A stretch of DNA of 64,000 nucleotides from Proteromonas lacertae (Eukaryota): contig NGBS01000300.1 of NCBI GenBank assembly GCA_002245135.1, positions 1-64,000 of the forward strand, given 5' to 3'. The position numbers and the translations under genes are program-made. Positions 62,453 to 64,000 of this stretch are shown piece after piece (the first letter of the stretch is position 1; every line of letters starts with the position of its first letter). The notes under the pieces are model-generated. The model searched no databases. It saw only the letters and a list, made by a program, of their open reading frames with translations, and was not told the DNA's origin.

Positions 62453-63444
62453 TTAATTACAAAAATATTTCTTATAAAAGTTATTTATCCTGATATCTCT
62501 CTCTTTCATTAGTTGTTTCAGTCTTTTCTCACCTACGGTTGGTAATTTTTTAAATTTTGATTTATTCTCATTAATTCTAACTTTAGCTTTTTTAACTGCT
62601 TTTTTAACAGTAACAGTCTCTTCTGGCATCTCTTTCAATATCTTACTTTCTATTTTGCTCTTGTTTTCATCACTTTTACTAATCTCTTTTATTTCTTTCT
62701 TTTCAATTGGAATTCTACTAAATATTTTGGCTTTTTCATTCAATTCTTTCAAATTCTTTTCTATTTTCTCATTTCTTATTTTATAATCATTCTCGTTATT
62801 ATAGTTTTTACTTTTATTATAATCATTTATTCTTACTTTAGCTAATTCTCTTCCAGCAATGTAATTACCAGAGTTTGCTTCTATTTGGAGAATTTCTTCG
62901 TTTATTTTATGATTTATTAAATTTTCTGTAGGTATAAATTTTGTTTCAGATATTTCAATTGTTTTTTTATTCTTTGATTTTAATTTTGGTTTTGGTATTC
63001 TACTTTCTTTTGACTTTGATTGTATATAGGATGTTTCATTTGGCGAACTTACTAGTTCTTCAATGATTTTCATCATTTCAGAATCAATGTTTGGATTTTT
63101 ATGGTTTATAGTTGAAAAATTATCTTCTTTTGATTTATTTTTATTATTATTATTTTTTGTGGATATATTTGGCTCATTAAATATTATATCATCATAATTT
63201 TCACTTACATCTGGTGGTTTCTATATAAAACGATAATATTAAAATAGAATACATTTATTGTATCTAAATCTTCAATAAGTAATTGATATCGCTTTTGGAC
63301 ATCATCCAAAAAACTATTAATATCATCTGCTGCTGATTCTTTTAATGAGTTTTGCCAATCACTATTATAATTGGTTGAATATCTACTATCAGCGTCATCT
63401 AAATCATTCTCATGTAATAATCTCTGAAATTCTTCGTAGTTCAT
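62453..63444 (-). CDS. Hypothetical K/E/N-rich protein
   Basis: ORFs 63205-63444 and 62453-63076 joined through a GTAT...TAG intron. Confidence 0.55.
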
Positions 63445-63515
63445 GCGTAAATGAGTTTTAAAAAATTCAAACTGTCAAACTCTAGGCTTGATTTGAGAAT
63501 TATTTTTTTTTGAAA

Positions 63516-64000
63516 ATGTCTCAATTTGACGAATCTGAATTTGCAGAAATACCCTTTTCTTCTACAGGAGTAGATAAAATCGATGAAACCAATTCCAACT
63601 TAATAGATGGAGATATAGAAGCAGGAGTGCCAATGAATACTCCTAGTCAGCAGGAAAAGCCATCTTGGTTTAGTTTATCAAGATTGACAGGATTAAAAAC
63701 TGTATAATGCAATTTTCTATTAGATTAGTACTTTGATTTCGATACAGTTGAAATCACTGAACGAATTCGTCGAGCAGCATTTCCATTAAAAAGAGAAATG
63801 TCATTTTTTAGATATACTGAAAATAAACCCGATTTGTATGATGTTTATAGATATTTATTCTTTTAGATATGGACCATTCTGGATTGCAGCTACTTTAATC
63901 TTTGCAATTAGTTTATGTTCAAATTTAAATTCATATTTAATAACTTCTGAAAGAAATGCATGGTATTTAAATTATGAAAATTTCTCAGTTTCATGTACAT
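63516..64000 (+). CDS. YIPF1: Yip1-domain protein (YIPF1/2-like), 3' partial
   Basis: YFDFDTVEITERI, KPDLYGPFWIAATLIF after removing two introns. Confidence 0.85.

Noticed and set aside
1..64000. Alternative nuclear genetic code (stop reassignment)
   Set aside because: Long conserved genes read without in-frame stops once micro-introns are removed, and TAA, TAG and TGA all appear as terminal codons
1..64000. Stop codons created by polyadenylation, as in human-associated Blastocystis
   Set aside because: Every gene whose 3' end I could follow has a genomically encoded stop

Overview
Very AT-rich, gene-dense eukaryotic (protist) genomic DNA, standard genetic code, with about 35 protein-coding genes split by tiny spliceosomal introns (mostly 25-45 nt, GTAT...TAG). 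The micro-introns, minor-spliceosome introns and presequence-bearing ATP-PEPCK suggest a Blastocystis/Proteromonas-like gut stramenopile, but this is inference only. Housekeeping genes include RBM26-like, PEPCK, stomatin, eIF3i, CAF-1 p150, presenilin, V-ATPase A, GAS8/DRC4, TTLL2, TTC4, an ATRX/ARIP4-type SNF2, TMEM260, GalNAc-T, an SLC35A transporter, a G-patch protein, a Kv-beta AKR and YIPF. Interspersed among them is an apparently lineage-specific modular system: NEK-like pseudokinases (HRD replaced by xxN, DFG lost) fused to interchangeable C-terminal modules. These modules are LRRs on phase-1 exons, TPRs encoded one repeat per 117-nt phase-0 exon, and a 4-TM unit. There is also an intact kinase fused to three OGFr-like repeats and an HSP70-like ATPase domain, plus deleted relics of these genes. 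Two convincing U12-type introns (AT-AC and AT-AA/AG) share a variant consensus (ATATCTTT / TTTCTTTAAT). Several single-base frameshifts in conserved genes point to an error-prone assembly. Gene models were spliced by eye and no database searches were run.
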